Shown here piece by piece: positions 9,827-18,594 of a stretch of DNA of 64,000 bases. Below the pieces are notes generated by a model. That model did not search any database. It saw only the letters and a list, made by a program, of their open reading frames with translations, and was not told the DNA's origin. The translations under genes were made by a program, and so were the position numbers. The stretch's first letter is position 1; each line of letters starts with the position of its first letter. Source of the stretch: Actinomycetota bacterium (GTDB taxonomy: Bacteria; Actinomycetota; Actinomycetes; S36-B12); NCBI GenBank assembly GCA_030645615.1, contig JAUSNB010000063.1, positions 22,716 through 86,715 on the forward strand. The letters run 5' to 3'.

Positions 9827-11596
9827 TCATCCCGGCTGGACGAACCACAGGGTCAGCCGACCCGGCCCGCCGGCGGCCGAGTAGTCCTCGGTGGCGAACG
9901 CCACGACGGACTGGTCGCTGCCGAAGCGCCAGTCCGACGGGCATGCCGAATCGGTCATGACGTACACGACGCCTGCCGCGCGGAGAGCGTCCGGCCGCTC
10001 GGCCGACCGACGCTCCGCATCCTGGAACGTCCGGAAGGCCGGCTCGTCCTGCGGCCAGGCCAGGCCGGCGTTGTAGAACGCGACCGGGCCCGGGGAGACG
10101 AGCTTCAGGAGCCGCGGGTCCAGGCACTGGCTGCTCGCGACGAGATCCTCGTGCCCGCCGAGCAGGGCGTGGATGGCCCGGGCGCGGTCGTCGTCGGCCA
10201 CCACGATCCCCTCGCCTCCGGCGAAGCGCCAGAAGGCCGGCAGATCGGCCACGCTGGCGGACCAGGCGACCACGGCGGCCGCCGCGAGGGCCACGACAGC
10301 CACCCGACGCCGTATCGCCATGTGCTTGACCTCGGCCAGGGACCACGCCAGCGCGACGGTGAGGAGCAGCGCCGACAGCACCTCGAACTGCAGCCAGAAC
10401 CGGTACGGCTCCTGGTCGAAGCCCCAGCGGTCATTGGCGGCGAGGACGATCCACCCGGCGCCGAGCGCCGTCAGCAGTGATGCCAGCGCGACCTGCCTGC
10501 GTCCGCGCATGGCGACGGCGCACACCATGCCGACGAGCAGCAGCGGCAGCGCGGCGAGCAGCCCGGGACCCAGCGGCACGCCGAGCCCCTCCGTCGATGC
10601 CTGGCGGTAGGTGAGGAAGGGATCGCCCTGCGCGAGGCCCACGACGGTGCGTGCCACCTGCGGAGCCGAGCACGCAGCGGCAACCACGCCCACCGACACG
10701 GCCAGGCGCGGGTGCCTGACGATGAGCGGGAGGGCGGCCGGGAGGATCGCCAGCAGCAGCAAGGCGTACACAGGAAGCGGCCCGGTCACTGCGGCGATGG
10801 CCGGGCCGCCCAGCAGGACCACGCACACGACACCAATCGCGGCGGCGAGCAGGGGCCAGGAGCGGTACCGCTGGACCGACCAGGCCGCGGCGAACACCGC
10901 AGCGATGAGCACGCCCGTGAAGAAGCTGTAGGTCTGGATGTTGGCCAGCAGGCCGAGCATGGCAGCGGCGGCAAGCACCATGCCCGCCCGCAGGCGCGGC
11001 GCCGGTGGCGGGTCCGTCCTCGTCGCCAGCAGCAGCAACGACATCGCGATCGCCGCGAGGGACAGTCCCGCCACCTCGGCGTTCAGCGTGAACAGCGTTC
11101 CGTAGGGCCCCCACAGCACCGCATGGTTGCCGGCCGGCGTGTACCAGTCGCCCGCCGCCGACCACGAGAACGTGCCGGTGAGCAGGGCTGCCGCAGGGAG
11201 AACCGGCGCGAACCAGAGACCGGAGTAGCGGTATGCGGCCCAGCCCACGATGGCGACCGCCGCGCCGACGACGAGCAGTCCCGCTGCCGTCCAGGCAACG
11301 TAGACCGGCAGCCCGGTCGCCAGCGAGACGAGCCCGACTGCCTGGTACCACAGGCTCGGGTAGTACAAGGTGCCCGTCAGCGTGAACGGCTCGACGAGGT
11401 CCAGCGTTCCGCCGGCGACGTTGGAGGCGATCGCGGCATAGGACAACTGGTCGTTGTCGAAGTACCCGCGGAACCCCCGCCACCACTCCTGCTGCCAGAC
11501 CGGGCCGAGCAGAAGGGCGGCGACCACGGCCTGCGCCAGGGCGAAGGCGAGGGCCACGGGGATCGCCGTTCGGCTCGGCGAGGCGATGCCGTTCAT
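9827..11596 (-). CDS. Polytopic integral membrane protein with C-terminal extracytoplasmic domain (GT-C-like topology, function unknown)
   Basis: 589 aa, ATG 11596. At least 12 hydrophobic helices cover residues 1-430, followed by a hydrophilic domain of about 160 aa (..VADDDRARAIHALLGGHEDLVASSQCLDPRLLKL..CPSDWRFG..). I recognise no diagnostic family motif. Confidence 0.8.
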   Translation of the reverse strand: MNGIASPSRTAIPVALAFALAQAVVAALLLGPVWQQEWWRGFRGYFDNDQLSYAAIASNVAGGTLDLVEPFTLTGTLYYPSLWYQAVGLVSLATGLPVYVAWTAAGLLVVGAAVAIVGWAAYRYSGLWFAPVLPAAALLTGTFSWSAAGDWYTPAGNHAVLWGPYGTLFTLNAEVAGLSLAAIAMSLLLLATRTDPPPAPRLRAGMVLAAAAMLGLLANIQTYSFFTGVLIAAVFAAAWSVQRYRSWPLLAAAIGVVCVVLLGGPAIAAVTGPLPVYALLLLAILPAALPLIVRHPRLAVSVGVVAAACSAPQVARTVVGLAQGDPFLTYRQASTEGLGVPLGPGLLAALPLLLVGMVCAVAMRGRRQVALASLLTALGAGWIVLAANDRWGFDQEPYRFWLQFEVLSALLLTVALAWSLAEVKHMAIRRRVAVVALAAAAVVAWSASVADLPAFWRFAGGEGIVVADDDRARAIHALLGGHEDLVASSQCLDPRLLKLVSPGPVAFYNAGLAWPQDEPAFRTFQDAERRSAERPDALRAAGVVYVMTDSACPSDWRFGSDQSVVAFATEDYSAAGGPGRLTLWFVQPG

Positions 11597-11609
11597 CGGC
11601 CTTCAGCCT

Positions 11610-12356
11610 ATGCCCGCGCCCTACAGTCATCCCGTGATCGATGCCTGGACGCTGATGCAGCACCGCCGCAAGGATTCCGGGGCGCAGCCCCTCGTCACGT
11701 ACGTGGATGCGGGCACGGGCGAGCGGACCGAGCTGTCCGCGATCTCGCTGGAGAACGCGGCGGCGAAGATCGCCAACGCCCTGCGCGACGAGTACGGGCT
11801 TGAGCCTGGCGCGCGCATCGGGATCCACCTGCCGCTGCACTGGCAGCGGGCGACCTGGTGTGCTGGCGCATGGACGGCCGGCTGCGCCTTGTGGCCGGGC
11901 CTGGTGGATGCGGACCTCGTGGTCGCTGACGTCACCGCCGCGGCCGCGCTGGGCGGCGCGGCCGGGCGCACCGTCGCGGTGTCGCTTCACCCGATGGGCC
12001 TGCCGATCACCTCGACGCTGCCGCATGGCGTGAGCGACGCGACCGTGGCCGTGCTGAGCCAGCCCGACGCCTACCTGTTCGAGTCGCCGTCGTCATCGAC
12101 GGGTGCCTTCGGGCTGGCCGGCCGGTCGTGGACCCAGGACGAGGTCCTGCACCTCGCGGCCGGACGGGCCACGGACTGGGGGCTCGGCCCGGGCGGGCGG
12201 CTCCTGGTCACCGAGTCCGCGGACGAGCAGGATGGCTGGCTGGCCGCCCTGGCCGTGCCGCTGGTGGCCCGGGCATCCGTCGTTCTCGTCGGCGGGGAGG
12301 GCGACGTGGAGTCGATCGCCGAGCGGGAGCGGGCAACGGCGATCGCGACCTCCTGA
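11610..12356 (+). CDS. TIGR03089-family conserved actinobacterial protein (Rv3268-like)
   Basis: Reads ..VIDAWTLMQHRRKDSGAQPLVTYVDAGTGERTELSAISLENAAAKIANALRDEYGLEPGARIGIHLPLHWQ.., which matches my memory of TIGR03089 proteins. The start is ambiguous (ATG 11610 or GTG 11634). Track start 11454 overlaps the divergent gene and is rejected. Confidence 0.75.
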   Translation: MPAPYSHPVIDAWTLMQHRRKDSGAQPLVTYVDAGTGERTELSAISLENAAAKIANALRDEYGLEPGARIGIHLPLHWQRATWCAGAWTAGCALWPGLVDADLVVADVTAAAALGGAAGRTVAVSLHPMGLPITSTLPHGVSDATVAVLSQPDAYLFESPSSSTGAFGLAGRSWTQDEVLHLAAGRATDWGLGPGGRLLVTESADEQDGWLAALAVPLVARASVVLVGGEGDVESIAERERATAIATS

Positions 12357-12365
12357 GCGGGCCGG

Positions 12366-14081
12366 TCAGGTCACCGTGACCGTGAACTCCGGGCTGACGC
12401 CGACCACGACGCCTTTCTTGACGACCAGGACGCGATAGGTCTTGACGGAGCCCGCCTTGCCCGGGTCGGCAACCACGAAGCGGTACCGGCCCTTGGCGGT
12501 CGTGCGGGTGACCTGCTTGGTCTTCCACTGCCCGTCGACGAGCACCTGCCGCCACGCCTTGAGCCCGGCCTTGGCCGGGCGCACGAGGCCGACAACCTTG
12601 TAGCGCGCGTTGTCGCCGACGGTGACCGCGGTCGGCGACAGCAGCGACACGGTGCGCTGGGTGATGCCCTGCGTCGGGTCAGGCGCGGGGGCAGGAGCCG
12701 GGGTGGGTGCGGGGGCGGGGGCGGGGGCGGGGGCCGGGGCGGGGGCGGGGGCGGGGGCCGGGGCAGGCAGCGGCGCTCCGACGTTGCCGCTGATCGAGGT
12801 GATGAAGGACGACTTCAGCCGCAGCGCGCCCTGGAACTGGTTGCCCGTCTTGGTGATCACGCTGCCGTCGGCGGCCGTCGCCTGGACCCGCCGGATCGCG
12901 CCGGACACGAACCGCTCGGTGACGTCGACCCGCACGACCGCCCCCACCCCGAAGGCCTGCGCCATCTGCGCCTGGCTGACGTTGACCGTCCAGGTGCGGT
13001 TCGGGTTGTCCTCGTGCAGGGACCACGGGTCCGGGACGCTCGTCGCATAGGGCAGCACGCCGCCCCACACGTCCTTGGAGCTCTGGCTCGCACCGCCGTT
13101 GGAGGCGCTGTAGAACGCGCTGATCGGCTTGCCGTCGTAGAGGATGGCCAGCCCCGCATTGGGTGCGGCATGCGTCGCGTTGACCGCCTCCAGCCATCGG
13201 CCGCCCTTGGCCGAGCTCGCCTTGATCCAGCCCGTGAACGTCTGGTCGTAGTAGGGGCCGCCGCCGTCATCGAGGTGGCACGAGCAGGCCTGGCGCACGC
13301 CGCGGCCGACCTTGCTCAGCGCGTACGACCGCGCCGCCAGCACCTGCGCCTGCATCGCAGCGGCCGGCCAGGAACTGGACACCTCCGATATCCCGTAGAG
13401 GTACTCCTCGTGGACCCGCACGGAGTTCACCACGTTCAGCCGCATGCCCTTCGAGGTCGATACGGGAAGCACCTCGACGTAGCCGTACCGGTAGCGGTGA
13501 CCCGACGACGACAGCGCGCTGCCCGGGCCCACCACGTTGAGGAGGGTGGCCGGACCTGAGGCGGAGCCCGGCGTGCGGGTGCCGGCCCACCTGATGGTCG
13601 CGGTCGGTCCGGTGCCGACGTCGCTCACGACGCCTCCCACCACCCGCTGGACGGCGATGTCCGGGCCTACCGGGGCGAAGCGGAACTCGTCCGCCGCGGA
13701 ACCGATCACGACGATCGCGCCGACGGTCACCTCGACTGCGCCCCCGCCGGGCTCCTGCGCCTCTCCGCGCACGGATGCCGAGGCGGCCTGGTACAGCAGG
13801 TTGACCCGGATGTCCATGTCGTCCGGCACCGCCGTGACGGCCGTGCCGGAGTAGTAGTGGGTGACGATCGACGCCGCGTCGTAGCCGGCCTTCGCCATGC
13901 CGTACGCCCCCCATTGCGACATGCCCACCGCATGCCCATAGCCCGACCCGACGACGGGGAACGAGGCCGGCAGGCCGGCCGGGTCGACGGGGGCGTCCTC
14001 GGCGAGCGCTGCCCCCGGCAGCAGCAGCCCGGGCAGCGCGACGGCGCTCGCCAGGAGTGCCACGAGGGCGGCGCGTCGCAT
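12366..14081 (-). CDS. Secreted SpoIID/LytB-domain protein with (AP)n linker and C-terminal beta-rich domain
   Basis: Trimmed to ATG 14081 (MRRAALVALLASAVALPGLLLPGAALA signal peptide). The SpoIID-type core shows HAVGMSQWGAYGMA, HEEYLYGISEV, QVLAARSYAL, YDQTFTGW, SAFYSASNGGASQS. It is followed by an APLPAPAPAP... linker and a tail domain of about 110 aa. Confidence 0.88.
   Translation of the reverse strand: MRRAALVALLASAVALPGLLLPGAALAEDAPVDPAGLPASFPVVGSGYGHAVGMSQWGAYGMAKAGYDAASIVTHYYSGTAVTAVPDDMDIRVNLLYQAASASVRGEAQEPGGGAVEVTVGAIVVIGSAADEFRFAPVGPDIAVQRVVGGVVSDVGTGPTATIRWAGTRTPGSASGPATLLNVVGPGSALSSSGHRYRYGYVEVLPVSTSKGMRLNVVNSVRVHEEYLYGISEVSSSWPAAAMQAQVLAARSYALSKVGRGVRQACSCHLDDGGGPYYDQTFTGWIKASSAKGGRWLEAVNATHAAPNAGLAILYDGKPISAFYSASNGGASQSSKDVWGGVLPYATSVPDPWSLHEDNPNRTWTVNVSQAQMAQAFGVGAVVRVDVTERFVSGAIRRVQATAADGSVITKTGNQFQGALRLKSSFITSISGNVGAPLPAPAPAPAPAPAPAPAPAPAPTPAPAPAPDPTQGITQRTVSLLSPTAVTVGDNARYKVVGLVRPAKAGLKAWRQVLVDGQWKTKQVTRTTAKGRYRFVVADPGKAGSVKTYRVLVVKKGVVVGVSPEFTVTVT
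12682..12774 (-). repeat. Tandem hexanucleotide (GGGGCG/GGGGCC on the plus strand) repeat encoding an (Ala-Pro)n linker
   Basis: Plus strand reads ggcgcgggggcaggagccggggtgggtgcgggggcgggggcgggggcgggggccggggcgggggcgggggcgggggccggggcagg. It translates on the minus strand to APLPAPAPAPAPAPAPAPAPAPAPTPAPAPAPDP inside the SpoIID-like CDS. Confidence 0.9.
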
Positions 14082-14252
14082 CGTTGGGCTCCAAGTGCTG
14101 GGCAGGGCCGGGGCGGCCGGGAAGGGTGCCGACACCACGGTGCCACATGGACCCCGGGATCCCTATCTCCCACTCGCCACTTAAGTCACATTCGTCACAG
14201 GGCTCAGGGCGCGCCGGAACCCGCGGACGTGCGCGTGCGTCGATTGGCTCGG

Positions 14253-15743
14253 ATGGCCGTTTACCATGGCCTGACCCCGCCGCGCCTCGTGCCGGCGACC
14301 CCGAGAGGACTCATCGTGGCAGCAGGCAGCGCCGGACGGACAGCCGTCCGAACCGTGCTGGCGGTCGTCTCGGTGCTGGTCCTGCTCACGACGGCCGCGG
14401 GGGCCGCGGCCACCGTCTACATGAACCAGCTTCAGGGGAACATCACGTCGGTCGACGTCAGCGACCAGATCGGGCCGGTCGACACCAGCGCTCCGATCGC
14501 CGCCATCAACGAGGAGACCGGCACGTACGAGCCGCTGAACATCGTCCTCATGGGCAGCGACACCCGGGTCGGCAAGGGCAACGGCGGCTTCGGCGGCGTG
14601 GAGCAGTTCGGCACCGCCCAGCGCTCCGACACCGTGATCGTGCTGCACATCGCGGCGGACCGAAAGTCGGCCATCGGGGTGAGCATCCCCCGCGACACCA
14701 TGATCACCCTGCCCACCTGCAAGAAGGACGGCAAGAAGGTGGGCGGCTACGTCGCCCGCTTCAACCAGGCCATCGAGATCGGCGGACCCGGCTGCACGAT
14801 CAAGGCCATCAAGGAGATGTCCGGCCTGGACATCAAGAACTTCATGCTCGTCGACTTCGGGGGGTTCAAGCGCATCGTCGACGCCATCGGCGGCGTGGAG
14901 ATCTGCCTGACCGAGGCGGTCGACGACCCGCTGAGCGGCCTCGACCTCGAGGCCGGCAAGCACCTCGTCGAGGGAGAGGAGGCGCTCGCCTTCGTGCGCG
15001 TGCGCCATGGCATCGGCGACGGGTCGGACACCTCCCGCATCCGGCGCCAGCAGGCCTTCATCTCCTCGCTCATGCGCAAGGTGCTGTCCTCAGGCACCCT
15101 GCTCAACCCGGCCGCGCTGCTCAACGTCCTCGATGCGGCCACCAAGTCTTTGACGGCGGACCCGCAACTCGCCGATATCAACAACCTCAAGGACCTCGCC
15201 CTCAGCCTCAAGGACCTCAATCCCGCCGACGTCACCTTCACGACGATGCCGTGGATCCCCAGCGGCGACGGGGCGACGGTACTCGTCAACGCCAAGAAGG
15301 CCGCCCCGCTGTGGGAGGCCATGGCCAACGACACGGCCTGGCCCCCGAAGGACGGCACGACCAGCGACCAGCCCCTGCTGCGGACCGAGCCCGAGCAGAT
15401 CCGCGTGAACGTGCTCAACGGGACCGCGACGAAGGGCCTGGCCAAGAAGGCCGCCAAGCAATTGCGCAAGCAGGGCTACCTCGTGCAGGAGGTCGGCAAC
15501 GCCGAGACCTCCGATTACGCGCTCACGACGGTCCAGTTCGACCCGAACTGGGACGTGTCGGCCAAGACCCTGATCTATGCGACGAATGCGTCGGAGACGG
15601 AGAAGGTCAAGAAGCAGGGCGGGACGATGAACCTCATCGTCGGCGCGGACTGGGCCGGCGTGCGACCGGTCGAGATCGACGAACTGGCCCAGGACAACAC
15701 GGCGAACGTGAACACCGCCGACGAGAGTTTCTGCGCGTCCTGA
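14253..15743 (+). CDS. LytR-CpsA-Psr (LCP) family cell-wall glycopolymer ligase with LytR_C-like C-terminal domain
   Basis: Trimmed to ATG 14253. TM anchor RTVLAVVSVLVLLTTAAGAAA. The LCP core shows NIVLMGSDTR, RSDTVIVLHI, SIPRDT, GGFKRIVDAIGGVEIC, ALAFVRVRH, DTSRIRRQQAF. The C-terminal part shows IRVNVLNGTATKGLAKKAAKQLRKQGY. Confidence 0.9.
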   Translation: MAVYHGLTPPRLVPATPRGLIVAAGSAGRTAVRTVLAVVSVLVLLTTAAGAAATVYMNQLQGNITSVDVSDQIGPVDTSAPIAAINEETGTYEPLNIVLMGSDTRVGKGNGGFGGVEQFGTAQRSDTVIVLHIAADRKSAIGVSIPRDTMITLPTCKKDGKKVGGYVARFNQAIEIGGPGCTIKAIKEMSGLDIKNFMLVDFGGFKRIVDAIGGVEICLTEAVDDPLSGLDLEAGKHLVEGEEALAFVRVRHGIGDGSDTSRIRRQQAFISSLMRKVLSSGTLLNPAALLNVLDAATKSLTADPQLADINNLKDLALSLKDLNPADVTFTTMPWIPSGDGATVLVNAKKAAPLWEAMANDTAWPPKDGTTSDQPLLRTEPEQIRVNVLNGTATKGLAKKAAKQLRKQGYLVQEVGNAETSDYALTTVQFDPNWDVSAKTLIYATNASETEKVKKQGGTMNLIVGADWAGVRPVEIDELAQDNTANVNTADESFCAS

Positions 15744-15750
15744 CCCTCCC

Positions 15751-15818
15751 GAGCGGCCAGTCGTGGGGGTGCCTTGGACGCGCACGACCCCCACGCCTGG
15801 CCGCTCGCCGGGGTGGTG
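15751..15818. repeat. Palindromic intergenic element, family 1, copy A
   Basis: GAGCGGCCAGTCGTGGGGGT (15751-15770), a 16-nt loop, then ACCCCCACGCCTGGCCGCTC (15787-15806; one mismatch to a perfect inverted repeat), followed by GCCGGGGTGGTG. It starts 8 nt after the LCP stop codon. Confidence 0.85.
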
Positions 15819-15911
15819 TCGGGCCTTCCACAGGTGGCGGCCGCAAGGTCACGCGATCACAACCCGCTGACGGCCGTTGGCGATCGGCCTTGGTCGCGGC
15901 TCACTGGTCGG

Positions 15912-16835
15912 ATGCCAACCGACGACACGCCGATCAGCGAGGTCAACGGCGCCTTCCGCGTGACCGCCCTCGGAGCCGACGGGCTGAGCCGGGAGGCCGC
16001 CCGTGGTCCGCGCTTTGCCGCACCGTCCCGCGGCGTGCGGTACCGAGTCGACCACGCGGATCCGCGGCTGGCCCGGCACACCGCTGCCGTTCTGGGCAGC
16101 AGTGGACACGCCATCCTGGCGGGATTGTCGGCCGCCCAGGCCTGGGGCCTGCCCACCCCGCCGTGGATCGGCCTGGAGTGGGCAAACCGACCGGTGAGCG
16201 TCGCGGTCGGCGATGGCAACCGGCCGCGGCGCGGCGACGTCGAGGGACATCGCCTGCTGCTGCCGACCGGTCACGTCACCCACTTCCAGGGGGTGCGGCT
16301 GACGACGCCAGCACGGACGTGGCTCGACTGCGCGGCGTCGATCCCGCTCCCGCACGCGGTCGCCATGGGGGATGCTGTCCTCGCACAGGGCCTGGCCAGT
16401 CAGGAGGACCTCGCCGCCATCGTCAGCTGGGCCAAGCGACGTCGAGGCGTCGTCGCGGCGCGCCGGGCAGGCGCGCTGCTGGATGAGCGGTCGGCGTCCC
16501 CTGGGGAGTCGCTTGCGCGGGCGCACCTCGTCCTCGGTGGCGTGGCGGCTCCGGTCTGCAACCACGACGTCATCGTCAACGGCGAGTGGATCGCCCGAGT
16601 CGATCTCGCGTGGCTCGCGGCTCGCCTGGCCGTGGAGTACGACGGAGAAGTCCACCTGACGGAAGTACGCCGACGCCACGACGCGGCGCGCCGGAACCTG
16701 CTGCAGGCCGCGGGATGGCAGGTCATCACGCTCACGGCCGCGGACCTTGGCCGCCCCTGGGCCATGGTGTCGTTGGTCCGGGCAGCCATCGTCGAGCGGA
16801 CACCACCCCCGCCACCGCGCCACCGCCGTCGATGA
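15912..16835 (+). CDS. DUF559 / Vsr-like (restriction-endonuclease fold) domain protein
   Basis: Trimmed to ATG 15912. The C-terminal block VDLAWLAARLAVEYDGEVHLTEVRRRHDAARRNLLQAAGWQVITLTAADL matches the DUF559 pattern (D..EYDG..H....D..R...L...GW.V). The N-terminal half is unassigned (possibly wHTH). Pro-rich tail PPPPPRHRRR. Confidence 0.8.
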   Translation: MPTDDTPISEVNGAFRVTALGADGLSREAARGPRFAAPSRGVRYRVDHADPRLARHTAAVLGSSGHAILAGLSAAQAWGLPTPPWIGLEWANRPVSVAVGDGNRPRRGDVEGHRLLLPTGHVTHFQGVRLTTPARTWLDCAASIPLPHAVAMGDAVLAQGLASQEDLAAIVSWAKRRRGVVAARRAGALLDERSASPGESLARAHLVLGGVAAPVCNHDVIVNGEWIARVDLAWLAARLAVEYDGEVHLTEVRRRHDAARRNLLQAAGWQVITLTAADLGRPWAMVSLVRAAIVERTPPPPPRHRRR

Positions 16836-16900
16836 GCGGCCAGTCGTGGGGGCGGGCGAGGACGTGCGGCCCCCACGACTGGCCGCTCGACGGGGTGGTG
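16834..16900. repeat. Palindromic intergenic element, family 1, copy B
   Basis: GAGCGGCCAGTCGTGGGGG (16834-16852), a 17-nt loop, then CCCCCACGACTGGCCGCTC (16870-16888; perfect 19-bp inverted repeat), followed by GACGGGGTGGTG. It overlaps the DUF559 stop codon and is in the same orientation as copy A. Confidence 0.9.
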
Positions 16901-16915
16901 GTGGGCGTGGTGGTG

Positions 16916-17785
16916 TCAGATGACCGGGGGCCGGCCCGCCTTCGTCATCGCCCAGACGGTGCGCCACTTCATCCGGCGCCTCCCGATCGGCCGTTCGGTG
17001 ATCCCCTCGCGCAGCCCGCCGAACCAGGCGCCGAGAGCTTCGCGGTCTCGCACGCGCAGCAAGGTCATGCCGACCCACGTGCCCACGTAGACCGGTTCGA
17101 GCACGAGCGGCAGGTTGCGCCTGGCCAGCCACACCCGGTTGCGTGCATTGAGCCGGTAGTAGACGTCGTGCCGGGCCGGGTCGATCACCGGGTGGTGCAC
17201 CACGAGATCAGCCGCGTACCACGGCACGTAGCCGGCGTCCCACACCCGCCACACCAGGTCGATTCCCTCGTGCGCGTAGAAGAACTCGTCGGCCCACCCG
17301 TCGATGGCCTCGAACACCGACCGGCGCATCATGACGGCCCCCTCCCACAGGGCGGTCGCCGGGCCCGGCTCGTGCGGGTCCCCCACCCGCAGCCGGGGCA
17401 CCCACCTGCGTGGCGCCGGGAGGCCCGTCGGGTCCTCCACGCGCGGCTGCACCAGCCCGAGGAGCGGATCGGCGGAGAACCGGGCCGCAAGGGTGGCGAG
17501 GAACCGCGGGTCCGGCAGCCACGCGTCGTCGTCAAGGAAGAACAGCAGCTCGCCCGAAACGTGCGGCACCCCGGCGTTGCGGCCCGCCGGGATTCCCACG
17601 TTCCGCGGCAGCGCGACCGCGCGCACGCCGTCGGGCAGGCCCGCCGGGATCCAGCCGTTGCCGACGACGACGACGTCGACGTCAACCCCCTCCTGCGCCA
17701 GAACCGAGCGGAGGCTCGCATCCAGTCCTTCGGGGCGGGTGCCCATGGTGAGGACGACGACCCCGATGCTCGGCAGGACGTCCAC
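16916..17785 (-). CDS. Glycosyltransferase family 2 (WbbL-like by size and context)
   Basis: 289 aa. VVVLTMGTRPEGL, RNVGIPAGRNAG, FFLDDDAW (DxD), GAVMMRRSVFEAIDGW, EGIDLVWR. Its family, size and proximity to the LCP gene parallel WbbL1 (Rv3265c), but donor specificity cannot be read from the sequence. Confidence 0.85.
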   Translation of the reverse strand: MDVLPSIGVVVLTMGTRPEGLDASLRSVLAQEGVDVDVVVVGNGWIPAGLPDGVRAVALPRNVGIPAGRNAGVPHVSGELLFFLDDDAWLPDPRFLATLAARFSADPLLGLVQPRVEDPTGLPAPRRWVPRLRVGDPHEPGPATALWEGAVMMRRSVFEAIDGWADEFFYAHEGIDLVWRVWDAGYVPWYAADLVVHHPVIDPARHDVYYRLNARNRVWLARRNLPLVLEPVYVGTWVGMTLLRVRDREALGAWFGGLREGITERPIGRRRMKWRTVWAMTKAGRPPVI

Positions 17786-17787
17786 CG

Positions 17788-18594
17788 CTAGCGGAGCCGG
17801 CTCGACGACAGGATGGCCATGAGGTGGCCCACGATCGTGACCACCCCGAGCACCGCAAGGCCGGCCACCAGTACGCGCGTCGCCGCGAGGCCGCCCAAGG
17901 GCACGTCGACCACCGCGGCGGCGAGGGCCAGCAGGGTCAGCTCGACGGAGTGGTACGCGCGGTGGAACGGGAAGAAGCGCGCGACGGACCGCAGCCGCCG
18001 CAGGCCGCCGGTGCGGGGCGCGGAGACCTCGGCCTTCTCCTCCAGGCGCGGCAGCCCGTTGTACGCGCGAGCGACGTGGACCATGTCATTGAGGGCCTTG
18101 TTGTACAGGACGATCACCGACAGCAGCGCGCCGATGAGTGGCCAGGGCGTGTCCATCCATCCCTCGCCTGGGAAGCCCGCGGCGCGCAGGCCGAGCGCAA
18201 TGGGGATGAGCCCCTCGGCCGTGTAGTGGCCGACGCGGTCGAGGAAGACTCCCTTCGGCGATGAGGTGCGGCGCCAGCGCGCGACCTCGCCGTCGGAGCA
18301 GTCCCAGAGCATCTGCAACTGACCGAGCAGGGCAGCCAGGAAGGCACCGGGAAGTCCGGGGATGAGCAGCGCGGAGGCAGCCGAGACGCCTGTCAGGATC
18401 ATCAGCCACGTGACGCCGTTGGCGGTGATCGAGGTGCGCAGCAGCGCCCTGGTGAGGTACGGCGACAGGCGGCGCAGGTAGACGTCGGCGACCCAGTGCT
18501 CGGAGTTTCGCCGGCCGCGCACCGCGGGCGGCTGGCCGACCTCACGGACCTGCGCGACGCTGGGGCGCGCCGGACGCGGCTCCTCGTCGCTCAT
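17788..18594 (-). CDS. CDP-alcohol phosphatidyltransferase family membrane protein (stand-alone paralogue, last motif Asp replaced by His)
   Basis: Track ORF trimmed to ATG 18594, which overlaps the upstream stop (ATGA). 268 aa, about 6 TM helices. The signature reads DCSDGEVARWRRTSSPKGVFLDRVGH, i.e. D-x2-D-G-x2-A-R-x8-G-x3-D-x3-H instead of ...D-x3-D. Confidence 0.85.
   Translation of the reverse strand: MSDEEPRPARPSVAQVREVGQPPAVRGRRNSEHWVADVYLRRLSPYLTRALLRTSITANGVTWLMILTGVSAASALLIPGLPGAFLAALLGQLQMLWDCSDGEVARWRRTSSPKGVFLDRVGHYTAEGLIPIALGLRAAGFPGEGWMDTPWPLIGALLSVIVLYNKALNDMVHVARAYNGLPRLEEKAEVSAPRTGGLRRLRSVARFFPFHRAYHSVELTLLALAAAVVDVPLGGLAATRVLVAGLAVLGVVTIVGHLMAILSSSRLR

Noticed and set aside
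12682-12774. A short-period G-rich tandem repeat that could superficially be taken for a CRISPR-like or VNTR locus.
   Set aside because: The period is 6 nt with no spacers. It lies in frame inside a CDS and simply encodes an Ala-Pro linker, so it is not a CRISPR array.
14057-16486. An 809-aa plus-strand ORF spanning the LCP and DUF559 region, and the antisense ORF 15849..17132.
   Set aside because: Both are Arg-rich shadow frames. The in-frame LCP (14253..15743) and DUF559 (15912..16835) translations carry recognisable family motifs instead.
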